64,000 bases of DNA from Gnetum montanum (GCA_015680685.1 MNCI01000651.1:1054001-1118000), one strand, 5' to 3'. Shown: positions 40,618-54,944, counted from the first letter of the stretch. Numbers and translations: made by a program. Notes: generated from the letters alone by a model not told the origin.

Positions 40618-40892
40618 CTAGAAAGACATGTGATCCATGCCTGAAGGTAGTCCTCTGGTAATAATGACAAAGTAAGTAATTAATTAATATACATTAAAGC
40701 ATTATTGAAATACCACTTGAAAGATGTGTAACCAATGCCTAAATGTAGACTACTTCCAAGAATCCAAACTTTCCTTAGACTAGTTTCATCATGTGACTAG
40801 AAAGACATATGACCTATGTCTAAAGGTGCACCATTGATGGGATTACCATTGGCTATGGGGCTAAAAAGACATGTGACTAATGCTTGAAGAAA
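40618..40892 (+). repeat. Four spaced hairpin repeats in the post-pol spacer of element C
   Basis: Units at 40619, 40717, 40798 and 40862; spacing 98/81/64, identical to element E. Confidence 0.9.
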
Positions 40893-42129
40893 TCCCTCTA
40901 TCCAATGGTCAAGAGTCCTAAAATAAATGCTTATAATTAATTAATTATAGTATGGATCTAATGTATGCTTCCTAGTTGTCTTTAAGAATTAATGGTATTT
41001 TCATATAGTTGTGGGTAGCCTCATGGTAGTGGGCCCAGGGTGATGTAATGCAATGTTACTAGCAAAGGTATGAACTTGATTTAGAACCTGAACAAATAGG
41101 TATGATGGTCATTTAAACCATACTTGACACAAGAACTTATTATAGAAATGGTAAGGTACCTCACATCTTAATATCTACAATTCTTTTCATTCCATTTCAC
41201 CTCATTGCTACTTGGAATTAAGGATCTAATAGTTTTGTTTAGTATAGGATAGACTTCCAATAACAACAATTTTATGGATTATTGGACCATTAACTTATTC
41301 AACATTTAAACTCCAAAGTGCCCATGGATACTTTATGAGATGGTTATACAAGAGCATTTTGAGTAGGTACCTGCTTTAAGGAGGACCCACATATATAACT
41401 CTTGGTGATCTAGGACATGAACCAATAGGTCCAAAAACATTAAATCACTATTTGTTTCATTAATCGACATCATCATTTGTCCATTTTTTCTTTATTTTAA
41501 GCCATAACCTCACAAAAACTCCAATTCTTCATGATTCCAAGCTTCAAACATCTATTAACTCTTCAATTGGCTACATCCAAACTATATGCATGTTTTTTAT
41601 GGCTAAAGATCCTTCTTACAGCTCTCACTCAACCTTTTAATAGTCCCATCAATGTTCTTGCATCCATGTAGGGGGCTTAGTTGACATAGCCCCATCGACA
41701 CATTAGTATCAACATAAGCCATAAAAATTATATATATGCATCATCCCTTAGCCAATTTCTCACATTTCACTCATTTACATAAGGAAGTTTTTGTCATTCT
41801 TGAGAGTCCAAGCCTTCGAATTGTAATATCTTGAGCACTAGACCTCTACATTTATTCATTCAAAAATCTATGAGCTTCCAAAGTTGAACTTTGCATCGTG
41901 GGACCCATAGATTTACGATTTAAAATCTTTCAAAACCCCTAGATTTCAAGCTTCTATGGTAGTTACTATTAATAAATGGTTAAAATAGCATGGGATTAAT
42001 ATAGAACAACTATCTTAGGACCTCAAAGATGTTAGACCATGATCACATTGGGGTATTAGTGTTAAAAGTTTTTGAAATCAAGATAATTCCAAAGTTGATA
42101 AAGGATTAAAATACTTAGAGATAGTGATT

Positions 42130-44055
42130 AAAATACCAAGAGAGTCTCATAAGTATGTGGTTTGTTTCAAAGAAAGAAAAAGTGATCATATGGAAGATGA
42201 GAATGCAGACAAGAGTAGGTAGAAGAGCCTAAAGCCATGCATGCAACATGCCCCATCAGAGAGAAACCTGAGGTAGAATTTGTCAAGCACATTCCTATAA
42301 TAAAGATAGGGTAGTTAAGGTAGGATGAGACATTCAAGCATGGGTTGACTCTTAAAGTAACCCTCACTAAAGCCTATAATGAAATAATAAGAACAAAGGA
42401 GATCTAAAGTTTAGTACTTCAAGAACCAAGTTTTGGATCCTTCTTGGAGTTTGCACTCCAACTCCAAGAGGTTCGAGAGTAGTTATAGGCATATCCATTA
42501 TGGTCCACCATCTTAATCAATAGAGATTGATAATTAGGAAAGATGCATCTATTCTAGAATAATCACAAAGGAGATATGATGGTTAAAATAAGGACATTAG
42601 CATCTTCTACTTGGTAAAAGCCATCACCAAAGCATTGGCAATTTCAAATGTGGAAACCAAATTGATAGAAGTATCAACATATTCATATGTTAGGAGAAAA
42701 AAGAAATGGATACAGAGATGCTATGTAGTTGATTAAAAGGAGTATGTTGTACTCACCTAGGCAAAGACAATTTACTTTAAGATCATTACATATTGCTTAA
42801 ACCCCATGGTATGACCCAACAAGGTGACATCCTTCTCTACTAGGGCCTATGTTACAATTATTAGAAAATTCTTAGTTAAAATGCCACAACTTATCTTTCT
42901 AGAAATTGAGAAATGCTTCAAGGAAAATGAGGAGAACAGGAATATACTTCCCTTTTCATATATCGTTAAAATAATTATGCAAAAGAGAAGGAATTACCCA
43001 CTACTGCAATGATGTTCTCCACAAAGCTACAACAACAACATGGTAAGAGGTGATGAAAGAGAAACTATTGTTAAGGCTTTAAGAAGAAGTACCCCCCTTG
43101 CTAGTTAAGAAAACATTAGGTGTTGAAGTAAGAATAGAAGAATCAAGGGCATCTCATTAAGCCAGAGGTTTGGAAGATTATCGTCTTGCTATGATCTAGC
43201 TTAATAAAGTTGCTTAAGTAGTTATTTGGCAGTATGATAATATATCCAACCTCTTTTCAACAACATGAAGCCAAGCCACCATCCAAGTGAACCCTTCCAT
43301 AGGTAGAGTTACAATATCCCCACCATCCAAACAAATGCTAGAAATCTCAGGCAATGTTGCATCCTTCTTCATAATGTTAAAAAAGGGAGATGGAGCCCCA
43401 ATGGTGATCATGCCACATAAGGGACAAGAAACTACTACAAAGGTGATAGTAGATAGAGTAGGTGAATCGCTAAAGATTCTCAAAGCATTGATTCTAAATT
43501 CTGCTGCTACGACAAATATCCAAATGTTTGTAGGAATTAGATTAAGGGGAACATGTGTGGCCCAATATGAGGAAGTGTTGAAAAGACCAGTGGGCACTGA
43601 TCCATCAATTCTTGATGTCTTTAACATCCCAAGAGACATTGCATCAACCCAGTTAGCACTCATAGAGACAAGAGGCAACCTCATCATGTAGAAACATAAT
43701 TTCAAGAAGCTACTTCATTGAATCAACAATTGATAGCTAAAGTTTCATAACTAAGCACCTTCTTGTTTGGCTCATCTCTTCATCAACTAAGCCTCACTAG
43801 GTATGAGGCCTTTGAGCAACTTAAGGCTAAACAACAACATGTGAAGATGAAGAAGGAAAAGACCATCTTGGATGCATCCTTAATGGAAGCCATGCTAAAT
43901 AAAGCAAACAAGGACCTTATCATGATGCATAAGGAGAATAAAAAATTGATCAAAGAAAAATGTAGATTGCTTAAGGTAGAAAAATAAAAGAAACGTATGA
44001 AAGAGTACCTTAAATAGCAATAAGGGCAACTGGTTAAAGTCGACATAGATATGTG
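42130..44055 (+). pseudogene. Accessory ORF of element C (truncated)
   Basis: ORF-track pieces 42824, 43287 and 43763 are collinear and homologous to the copies in elements E and D. Confidence 0.8.
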
Positions 44056-44099
44056 AAGGTTAGTCTGGGTGGCTTCTTAATGCCATCATTAAAAATTTT

Positions 44100-45225
44100 A
44101 TTGTCCACCTTAATGCCTACCTTGGAAAACAGTTCTCTTACCAGTGTGGCCTACCGTGCCTTTCACAAGCCTAGCTCGGTAGATAAGTTACCCATACATA
44201 ATTCTCAACCCACCCCAATATAATCTAATTTGGAATTTGAAATAAACACATGCCCGGCAGCAGCTGCCCCTTTTCACAATGACTGCCAGCAGTCTAACCA
44301 TATTACATTGAATCAATCGATCACAGTCGTAACCAAGAATAGCAAATTAGATGGAGAATGGGTCAGCAGTTACTACTCCCTGGCTGCTGGGTGCTGACTT
44401 GGCACGGAAGCAAAGCGAAGCTGATAAATTAAGAGTAGAGGAGAGCAGATAGCTGAGTTTTGCAGTTGGTTGCAGATTCCTTCAAGTGCCCTTGTAGCCA
44501 AGCCAAGCCAAGGCAAGCCGAGCCAAACGCAAGGAAATGTCTGCTTGGGATTGGACATTTGGAAATGCTAATGCTTTTGTATGTTAATGTCCGTTTCATT
44601 CCAGAACGAAGGAAGATGGGAGAGAGAAAAGACATGTGAATGCTAATTTGGACTGTTTGTAGTCGTTGAAAAAGACACAGCAGAAATGGCACTCCGCGTT
44701 TGTGATTTTCCCTGAAACGTGGGCGCCAAGAAATGGAATCTTGCCAAGCAGATTCCAGAATAACTGGCAAAGTTGATGATCCACTACAGTACAGCATTAT
44801 TCATTGTATCAGTTAGTGATTGATGTGTTCTGTTACTGATCACCCGCTAGTCAGCGGCACCGTCAATTACATAGATTGTGTTACTGTAAATCGCTATTAA
44901 GACAAAAAAACGAATGGAAAAACCAAAGGTATAGTCCCTGTCCAAACTCATGAAAAATCTCGTGCCTTTATGCCCTGCCCACAATTCTGGTCGCGGCCGC
45001 GTTGTCGTGATTATTCATCATCACTAAACAGGGACGTGAATACTGACACAGCTGCAAGTGCAAGCGCAAGGTTGCTATTCCTGACTGCCGAGCAAGAGCA
45101 AGAGCACGAGGACCTCGTTTGGCGTGGGCATTTTCTGCAGCCTCTTTTTCATTACATGATTTTAATTGCCGAGGGGATTCCTTCTCGTCTCGTTCCAGGG
45201 TTTTCAGGATTGCAGCGATTACCAG
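44100..45225 (+). promoter_or_regulatory. CpG-rich non-repetitive island: probable promoter and first (likely non-coding) exon of a host gene
   Basis: Abrupt retention of CpG relative to the flanking TEs; CAG|GTAGTC donor at 45225/45226 followed by T-rich intron-like sequence; no recognisable protein. Confidence 0.55.
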
Positions 45226-47239
45226 GTAGTCGGTCAGTCTCATCGTTGATTCGGTTTCTTCGTTCTGGCTGCTCGCATGTCTCTAATTCTGGGTTTCAAA
45301 GCTTTTATTTCGTATTATCTCCTCGGTCTGTTTCTGCTTTCCTCTGTTTAGTTTGCATTTTACTTTTATATTGTTTTTACAACCGTCGGATTATTGCTGC
45401 TTTTGTACAAGCATTTTATCAAAAAACATGCAGTGTTTCTTAATGTATTTCCGGTATTCAATGTTATGTAGCGTGCGAATAGTTTGATTTAAGTTCACTG
45501 TGTAGAATGCCCTGGAATTGGGTCTTTCCTGCGCTGTATACCTGCTGCCTGAGCTAGGGACTATGTTTGCTAGGTTCAAAATTGCTCTGAGTTAACTTTA
45601 TTTGAAGTCCCCGGATATTCACCAACAATTCCAATACTAAGTTTCTGAGCAGCTTATAACTGGTTGCAATTATTCGTTTTGATATCTGTCGTTCGATGGA
45701 TTTGTACATGCAGAGTTTCAGAGTTTACTATTTCAAAATATATATCTTTGCAAATAGGTAAGCTATTGGAAAATAAGCTTTTACCTGTGTTGACAGCACT
45801 GGATTTACTGTAGCTAGTATCACCTTCCTGAACACGGGAGATTTTCTTGAATTTCCAGTTTTTGAACATGGAAGAATCCTACGAAATCTGATTTCTCACA
45901 AATATTTATGGACATCTAGAACAATTTTGAAGCAAAATACACACGTGAACGAACTTATTGGCTCATACTGTGTAAAGGAAATCGAATTTCCGTCTTTCCT
46001 TTGAGATATAATACCTTTTTCTACAACTTCTGTAACTGGCTCTTATAGGATATTTATTTCTGTTAAAGAATATCCTCTTAAGAAATCTGTTACTTATACT
46101 GAATTAAATTTTCATGGTCATGATGATGATAATTATTATTATCTTAGCCTTATCATTGTTGTATTGTAGCTGGGTCCTTTGATCCTCGAGGAGCAAAATT
46201 TGAAAATTGGGGTCCTTAGTCGATCACAGGGAAGACTTTGATTTATCACTTAGGCCATAATGATTTAAATTGAAGTTGCAATGACTAGTACTCTTGTCGC
46301 TAGTAGGTTGCAAGGTCACAATAATTGTTGAAGAGGGCATCGTTGAAGAAGGTTGTGATAATTATCATGAGAGGAAGAACTGGATGATGATGAATTGAAA
46401 GTTTATTTTGTTGTGATTGCTCTAGTGGTAAAGGAGGAAGTTGTGATGGATGTCATTAAAGATGATGTCTGGTGCGGGAAAGAAAGCTTGAATTTGATCT
46501 AGAAAGGATTGATTTGAATCACACTACCTTTCTTTGCGATTGAGAGATAACTGCCTATTGACCTGGTTGAACTTTAAATCAACCAGAAATAAATATCCAA
46601 ACATCTTTAAAGAATCTGATCTTGAAATGATCTTTTAAATACTAATTCAACAAAGATACATGAAACCCTGAACGAAAAGAATGGTAGAAGTATAGTTATA
46701 GTAAGAAATATTTTGAATTTGATCTCAGATCTGATAGAACATTATGCAATTAATGCAAACTTTAAAATCAAGAATCATTAAAACCATAGCTTCATCATTT
46801 CACATGAAAATCCTTCAAATCTTGCAAGAACCTGTAAAGATCATCTCAAAAGCTTTAGGTCTATTAAATTTTTTTTCAAATTCTACTTAATCAAGGATCA
46901 AAGTATTCGTAATATTCATTAATCTAATCATGAACTTCAAATACCATTAGAATCAATCAAAAGAAATCATGAAAATGAAGGATTCATGAGAGAGGCAATC
47001 AAGAATAATATGTTGTTCATCTTCAAGGTGATTAAAGATATAGAGTCTGCATGTGTGTTCTTTTTATGGAGTGTTTTCCCATCTTCCGGATTCTGTTCTT
47101 AGTTGATGAGAACACAATGTGAGTTTTCTTATCACAGATCATAGTCTTAAAGGCTGAGAGTGAATTGCTTCACCTATTAACTGGTTACCTCTGACATGTC
47201 TGAGGTTTTGTTTTTGTTTTTTTTGGCTAGCAAAGCCAT

Positions 47240-48460
47240 TAAAGAACTCTACCTCATCAAAAGGGATGCAATCTAAACCTCGAGGAAATAACTTTTTCTC
47301 TGTGGAGTCTTTTAGAGCTGTCTTTGAAAAATTAATGGCATTAAGGTTTTTGAGTTTTTGACAGTAGGCAATAAATTGGCAAGGAGCCTCAGCTTTCAAA
47401 GGTAATGAATCAGCTTGTAAAAGCAACATGTGCAAGGTGTCTTGGGGCTTGACTTTCAACTCATCTAACAAAAATAATTTTTGTACTCTTTCAATATTGT
47501 TCCAGCATTTCTCAGATAGACCTGGATCCAAAACTGGACAACCATACAATATAGTAGTATGATTGAAAATTTTGCTTTTTAATATTCCTTTCCCAAATGT
47601 TTAAGGCTTTGTATTTGTTCTTAAAAATATAGAAAGCTATTATCAGTGAAGTGGTCTTTGATGCAAGCATCCCACCTAAAAGTATTACCATAGAGGAGCC
47701 CCAAGCATCTAGTGGTATTAAGCCTCTTTTATTTCATGGTTGTCTACCATGAAATTGAATTCTATTCTTTGTGTATCCCAAATCATCATTTTGGTTTTAT
47801 AAGCATTTACTTTCATGCCTAAGGAATCACAAAAATATGTTAAGCTTTGAAGCAACTTATGCATGCCTCTTTTTGAAGTTCAGAGCAAAGTATCATCATC
47901 AACATACAATAAAAGATTAATAAGATGATTAGCAACTTTAAATGCATTTATCTGATGAGCTGTATAAGCTAAATTTGGAGGGAATCAATGAAAATTACAA
48001 ATAGAGTTGGAGATTGGGGGCAACCTTGCTTTACTTTAACATTGCTGAAAAAGTATGTAGTCTCATTTAGGTCATCATCTTGGATTTCAATAATAACATT
48101 TTGGTAAAGCTTCTAAATGGCTTTAATTAGATATTGAGGAATGCCAGTATGAATTAATTGCTGCCAAAGCTTTTTCCTAATGACAGAATAAAAAACTTTT
48201 GAAAAGTCCACAAAATGAGTAAAAAGTTTTCTATTGGTTATTTTAACAAAACCTATGAAATTAGTGAGAGCAACTAACTGATCAATTGTAGAATGATTTG
48301 TTTTGAAATTTGTTTGTGCCATAACTCTCAAATTGTTATGTTCAACTCCATTACTAAGCCTACTTTTAATGATAGTGCCTAACAACTTTGCAAATATGTT
48401 GATGATTACAATCATTCTATAATTGTTTAAATCAGGCTGTCTCGGTTTTTGTGGAAGATG
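47240..48460 (-). mobile_element. 5'-truncated LINE (RTE-like) reverse transcriptase relic
   Basis: NYRMIVIINIFAKLL, HSTIDQL, FVDFSKVF, VKQGCPQSPTLF, LLYVDDD motifs in order on the minus strand. Confidence 0.85.
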
Positions 48461-48536
48461 ACTGCTTTGCTGACCAACCATCTATGATTAAGACCCAAAA
48501 CAATACATCATTCAACATCTTGTAAATTTTTTTATG

Positions 48537-48688
48537 AGCCTGGGCTGTTGGCCAGTTGGTTAGCTCACTTTGCCTTGCACCTGAAGTTACTCGGTTCAAA
48601 GCTTGGCATCAGTACCCTACTCACACATGCTAGTGTGGAAGCGTTGTTCCTGGCATATTACCTTAACCTCAAAAAAAGAAAAAAAAAA
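48537..48688 (+). mobile_element. tRNA-derived SINE
   Basis: A-box-like TGGCCAGTTGG, B-box-like GGTTCAAAGCT, poly(A) tail 48671-48688, imperfect TSD AAAT(T/C)TTTATG-like. Confidence 0.6.
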
Positions 48689-51429
48689 TCTTTATGGATA
48701 TTTAATCTGCCCCATTTTAACAGCTCAACATGTAAACCATCAACATCTAAAGCTTTGCCTGTAGCTAATTTATCAAGGTTATAAAATCCTTCAATAATTG
48801 CAACTTGTGATGTGGATTTAAGTTGAGCCAATCTTCATGTTTATAAGACAATAAATTTCTATAAAATGAAATGACTTCAGAGAAGGAAATTTTAAAGTTT
48901 AAAGAAGCTTTACCTCTTAACATTTTCCAAAATTGTCTTGGTTCTTTTTTAAGGTTACAAAGTGTTTACATCATGTTTCTTAAAAGTAGTATTTGATGTT
49001 GTAAGGATGTAGGCCATGCAAACTGAAGAATTGCTTAGCCCATCTCATTTCTTTCTCCAAATTTATTTCATTCATGAATCCTCTCATATCCTATCCTTTT
49101 GGCTCCAGTGTGCCTATTGAAGTTTTCCAATAAGTATGCTTTCTTAGTAAGGAATATTTTGCATTAACCATCCAAAGAATGCCAAAAGGTTTTAATATTG
49201 TCATCCAAACCAACTTGAGGTGCATATACACATAAGATATTAATTTCTACCACTTTGCCCTTTATCTGTTGATCAATGACATCAAGCGTTATCTCTACTC
49301 TATTTTTGAAGTTATTTGGCCTTCTGCAGTAGAAAAAATTGTAACTTTTATCAATGTCCTTTGCTTTTTCTTCTTTTCACTTAGTTTCTTATAAACAAGC
49401 TATGTTAACTCTAATCCTCTTCATTAAATCCATAATTTAGGTACTTTTTTCTCTTAATGTGCTTATATTCCAAGGAGCCATCCACGTTTTTCTGAATCTT
49501 CTTTTGGGTATTTCGTTGGGTTTCCTTATTTATCCACATGTCCAAGGTGATGTGGAAATGCTTGCTCTTTGACACCACAATCAGGTACATATTACTTTCA
49601 AGGAATGATCTAGCAAGCCTTTGCTCATTTCTCATAGCAACTATGCCCTTCTGCTTTCATGCATCATATTTTGGCTAATCCGGAAAAGTTGCTGCTTGGT
49701 AACTTTTTTATCCATTTTTTCATAATAAAGGTGGCTTAGAAAATTCACTGTTTTTTTGGCAATGTTTTTTGTCTAAAAATCAAATAACAATGTTTTGGCC
49801 AGTTGATAGCTTCATTGGGAACACCATGGTCTGTGAAGTGAAAATTACATGGCTAATTCATGGTAATTGCATAGTCGCATGCTTTTGTCAGGTTGACATT
49901 TTTTTAAAGGGGCTGAAATGCAAACTTTAACATGTTTCCCAAGGAATTATAATACTATGTGACTTTTATGAATTATCCATACCATAATTATACATGAAAG
50001 TCGTGAATTTCTAGTCATTGTGTTATCGCACAACATTAGTGATGGTTAACTTTAGGCTATTGAAATTATTATATTAACGTGTAAAGTTTTACTTTTAGTA
50101 AAAGCTAAGCTGTGTTGGGATACGGTCATACACTTTGACTAGCCAGGTATGTTAATATTAACTTTGAAATTCAACTGCAAGTTTCTATGGTAGCTAGCAT
50201 CAACTGTTAAACAATGAGCCAAAGTGGATGTGGTAGGAGACCAGTTAGATGCAAAGGACTTAGAGCTTTTGGTGTTCCACATCGAGGGCATGATGTGATT
50301 CACTCAAGTAGTAATTTACTAATTCTTAAGGATGATTTTAATTTGTTTTAGTCACTGTACATTTTATCACTGCTTTAAGAAGGTGCTATGTTTTATTTGG
50401 TGAACACAGGTTATTAGCTGTACGTAGCAAAGTTGACCATTAGGAAATAGTGAACACCGTTCGGGTTAGGGTTGTTAAAGAAGACAAAAGAAAGAACGTC
50501 TAAGTAATGGCTTAATGTTAAATTATAAGCTGTTCGAAGAGTAGATTGTTTATATACGTATTGAAATTGTTGCATTCATTTGCTTAGGATTGGTGAGAAA
50601 TTAAACTACCTTGGTAGGAGTAAGTTTGAGTACAACGAATGTGTTTAATATTTAGCTATTTTGAATATTTCTTCAATGTAAATATCTGTTTCCAAGATTG
50701 GTAGTTTGAATAATTTATACAAAGCTTGACCAAAACTTACCATTTTCTTTTGAAGAAATTTATTTAGGGATATTTTATAATATATGTTACTTATTTTTCA
50801 CCTTGTAGTAGGCACAACTGGCATATTCTGTCCTCTATTTGCATATTATTTATTGTTTAGTTTAAACTTGAATGCAAAAGCCAAAGTTTAGAAAAGTAGA
50901 CTCAATATGTGGTCTAAAAACATAAGATTCTCCTACAATCTAGTTTCTAATTTTCTATACATCTTTTTATACTATGGGATTTGACAGGGAGAAGATAGGA
51001 GCTGCTAGATAACTGTTCACCATTTCTATTCCAACATCTGACATGCCATAGCCCTGAAGGGTATCCAGTAGTCAAGGATTTACATAGTTAGATACTGTTA
51101 TTGCTATGATCATGAGTTTTGTTTTTCATTCTTTTTTTTGCCTTATATTTCAAGAGCTCTCTTACATGTCTGAATGAAATTGATAATAAAAATTTGAATA
51201 TTTTTCAAGATTTTTTATTGATGAAATCTTCCTATTTTTTCCAGTTATCAAGCCACTAAATTTTGTTCCAGGTTGCTGAAAAGAGCATTTTTTTTGACTT
51301 TTCAATCACTGCTTGCTAGCATTAGGGTTTTTATAGAAAGGAACTCATTTGTAGCAAATGGTAGGTGTTTCAAGTTCTCTGCCCAACTAAACACCAGCCC
51401 TCCTTTTTTACACCTAGGTTTGGTACAAT

Positions 51430-51500
51430 GAGGTGTTAGTTTAGCGGCATGAATCTTGACATGGAAACCTCAAGTCACAAGTTCGATTCTAGTGGGCAAT
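51430..51500 (+). pseudogene. tRNA-like/SINE head relic
   Basis: A box TAGTTTAGCGG (51437-51447) and B-box-like AGTTCGATTCT (51480-51490) at tRNA spacing; no intact cloverleaf. Confidence 0.45.
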
Positions 51501-51828
51501 GCTAAATTATGAAAAAATTCTGTAAAAAGTAATTTTTAAACTGATAGGATGTAATGGGTCCAAAAGGGTCTAAGTTGATATAATTAAATATGTTTAGTTT
51601 TGGTTTCAGCATAGTTGCATATAAGGACAAAACGTTTCATGTCATTGATAGACTTTAAATTGCGGTACACAGCAGATCAATACCATCTTTTATTTTATGT
51701 AGTGCTATATTCATTATAGTTAGATTAAATGCAGCAGTGACACATTACAAATTTATAAAAACAGTCAAAACTGAGTTCGTCGATGTCAGAGCTCTATAAT
51801 ACGGAAGGATGGTAGGTAAAAAGGGAAT

Positions 51829-52805
51829 GTTGAACAATAGGGGGTGGGGGTGCTTGCAACCGGTGATAACCGGTAATATAACGGGTAGTAACTCCAGCTG
51901 ATTAAAAAAAAAAAAAAACCTTGTTCTTTTAAACAAATGAAGCATTGTATAGCATGTAAACAAAAGATTTTTATCAAGTCAGCAGATCATGCTAATTATG
52001 CCAATTGAGAAAGCCACAGAGCCTGTATCAGTTATTTTTATTCAACAGGGCCTGTATTAGTTATTCAACAAAGCCAAAACTAGGGCCAACCCTGTCTGTC
52101 TGTCTATCTATCTATGGATGCAACCAAGAAGCAAGCCTTCCTTCGCTGCCGGTGTGATGCTGCCAAACATAGATAATGTGCAATGCATTTACGGCTCAAG
52201 CATGAACGAATGAATGGACAAATGAAGGAATCAAGTTAAAACATATGTGATTGGTCAAATTATTATCTATATCTTTCTAAATTTAATAAAACCAGATCAA
52301 TTTTTTATTCTTATTGATTCATACCCTATTAAAAAACGAAAATTGTCCAAGGAGAGCTACAAAATGGAAGCTTAAACTCGTTATCCAAGAGCATTATTGC
52401 TAGAAATGGAAGAATAATTTAGATCCAAGAATAAATTAGAAAGCAAAGCAAGAAACCAAAGAGAAAAAATTGTAAGCAAAGGTAAAAACAGTAATGTGCT
52501 CTGTGGCTTCATATTCTTCTGAATGATGATTAAGAAATGCTTTGTTGCAGAGTGGGTGACAGTGAAAATGGTGCTAGAGTTGTGGCAGAAAGAATCCATG
52601 CTCTGCAAAAGCTTATCAAATGTTTTGCCCTCTCTCTTTGAAAGCTGTTTCACTGATAAAAGTGATGACGTTACTTTTTGGTTGCAACATCATGATTTTA
52701 AATGTTAGCAAAGGTTTATTTGGTGACTGGTTGAACCGGTTATAAATAATTATGAAACCGGTTATCACCAGTTGCAAGCAACCCCGCCCCCTACTATTGT
52801 TCAAC
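51829..52805. mobile_element. Non-autonomous DNA transposon/MITE with ~47-bp terminal inverted repeats
   Basis: GTTGAACAATAGGGGGTGGGGGTGCTTGCAACCGGTGATAACCGGT matches the reverse complement of 52758-52805; subterminal AACCGGT repeats; possible TSD GGTAAAA(A)G. Confidence 0.75.
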
Positions 52806-53327
52806 CTTTGTGGTAAAAGTTGTCAAAATCCTGTTTTGGCCTGAATCTGCACAACATCTGAAATGTAAATTACAAAGAGTAAGAACCCTACTTCACAACG
52901 TCAAATAGCAAATAATCTACCTGGCAAATCACCTTATGGAGCATGCAGCATGAGGTCATCCCTGATGAACTACATAGATCCCAAATTCTTGACCTTTTTT
53001 TGCCGTTGCATTTTTAGTAACCTTCTATAACTGTACTTTTAGCTGTGTTAATGGATCATTGGGGTAACGAATAGGTGATGAAATTAGTTGTTGCAGTGTA
53101 ATATTTGCAAATCATGATGACCTTGATGACATCATGAATAATTTATTGAGAACTAGCAATTCATAGTTTGTATGTTCTAATATTTTAATATGAAATATCT
53201 GATTCAAATACGGTTTAGGTAAAAGATAAAGATACTGTCATTAACACCTCAACAATCAGATGTCTAACTCGTAATCACAACGACCCAATTGCTCTATGTC
53301 TTAATTGAAAGTTTCACTTCTTTGTAG

Positions 53328-53442
53328 GTGCACCAATTATTTGTTAGAGCATCTTAAGTTCAGAACAGCTGTAAGAGAGGCAGGTTATTCTTCAAGTGCG
53401 TTTGCCTCAACCAAGAAATGTGATGCAGCAGGTTTTACAAAA
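53328..53442 (+). other. Candidate internal exon of the host gene
   Basis: Polypyrimidine tract plus TTTGTAG| acceptor and AA|GTAAAT donor; one frame is open (CTNYLLEHLKFRTAVREAGYSSSAFASTKKCDAAGFTK). Confidence 0.45.
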
Positions 53443-54944
53443 GTAAATTTACCCTTTCTTTTGTGTTTTACAGAACTTTAAATTTATTTCTTGCATTGAT
53501 GTTTTCTTGTCTGAAAATGACATCAATTAAGGACTTTTGTGAACGATTGTTTTACTTCTGAGAAGACAATTGTTACAGAAGGTTGCCTTTTAAATTAACT
53601 TTCAAAAGGGGGGGAAAAGAAAATAAACAATTTGCATAATGCAAGATATTTAATTAAAGTTGCTTTCTTACTCTGGTAATAATGTAGAATATGGGGTTGA
53701 ATTCTGTAACGGGTTACCAGCCTTTTATCTTACTGGTTTTAACTGATTTCATCTGCTGTCCTTTTGGCGAACAACATTGCAGCAGTAAAGCAAATGAAGC
53801 TTAACACCCTGTTCTAGGGAGCAAGAGATAATACTTGAAGCCCCCAAAATGGTGCCTGAAGTGCAAGGCTGAAATTTTTTTCCAATTTAACTTGCATTTA
53901 GAACAACTTAGACAATATTCCCTTTACATTAAAAAATAAAGTATAACATACAAAATTATGTAATGCAAATAGCGGCCCAAGGATCTAGTAGGAAGAGAGT
54001 GCCAATACGATGATTGACATCTCTTAATATACACTACGCATTCACAGTGCAATACAAATATCAAAACAACTAAACTTGGAATCATATCCATATCCTTCTA
54101 GTTTAGCTGCAACCAAATTAACTCAACCAATTCACCTTAGCAGTCTCAAATTACACATAGCCAAACATGAGAGTTCAATTCTAGGAAAACATAGTATTCA
54201 TAAAATAGATAAATGACAATAGAAGAAAACTATAGCAGCCATGTTGTTTTGTTTCCTATAATATTGATACAAAAGCTTTAAATTCTTGTACAAGGTATGC
54301 ATGAGCCAGAAGCTGAAGATTTATTATGGAACATCATATTCCAATTCTTCTAACACATTGTGTGCACTTTTTTGATACAGAGGATACAAGTTTTTCTTAT
54401 AAAATGAATGGTTATAATATGTTCACATTGAAATAATAACCAAAGAAAACAATTTCAGATTTTTGCAATGGTTATTTGTTTTTCATGATATCCTCTAATA
54501 CAGTGTATAGGAGTCATCATCATCAGACGTTAAGACAGTTCCTTGATTCGGCCAAATCATCTTCCCTTGGTTAGGCTTAGCGAGTGTGGGCACCTTCAGA
54601 TAACGAGTCATGTAAAGTGCAAAGATCTGTATTTTTTTAATTTAAAAATCAAATTCTGATTTTTCTCAAACCATAAAAATATATATGATGCTGTTCATTA
54701 CCAAATTTGTTCAACTAAATAGCTGCCACAAGAAACATATAAATTAGTAATTTTTTAATGGCATAATGATATTTCTATTTTTCTAGCAACACTTACAATA
54801 CGAGAACATCTCAGTTTAACTCTTTTAAGCTGAAACATTATAAGTCACATCACTAAAATTTAATAACTATCCAATTTTCCAATAGTAGAGAATAAATAAA
54901 TCACTACCATAACAACCATAAATAAATTAATACTCTGGATATCC

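Larger units (their letters stand above)
31687..44055 (+). mobile_element. Athila-like element C, old and 3'-truncated
   Basis: 5' LTR, decayed PBS, gag-pol collinear with element A, spacer, accessory ORF; no 3' LTR. Confidence 0.9.

Noticed and set aside
40618-40892. GAAA...CTGAAG motifs suggesting hammerhead ribozymes (retrozyme)
   Set aside because: The core is CUGAAGG rather than CUGANGA in most units, and there is no helix III/NUH cleavage triplet.
44495-44525. TAGCCAAG repeats resembling miR169
   Set aside because: AGCCA microsatellite-like run; lacks the GGATGACTTGCC sequence and a precursor hairpin.
44970-45443. 157-aa ORF as a protein-coding gene
   Set aside because: No recognisable domain; it runs through a likely splice donor into T-rich sequence; a chance ORF in GC-richer DNA is plausible.
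46170-47030. Possible additional TE fragment
   Set aside because: Repeat-like composition, but no terminal structure or coding motif I can support.
51430-51500. Functional tRNA gene
   Set aside because: A and B boxes are present but acceptor and anticodon stems do not pair.
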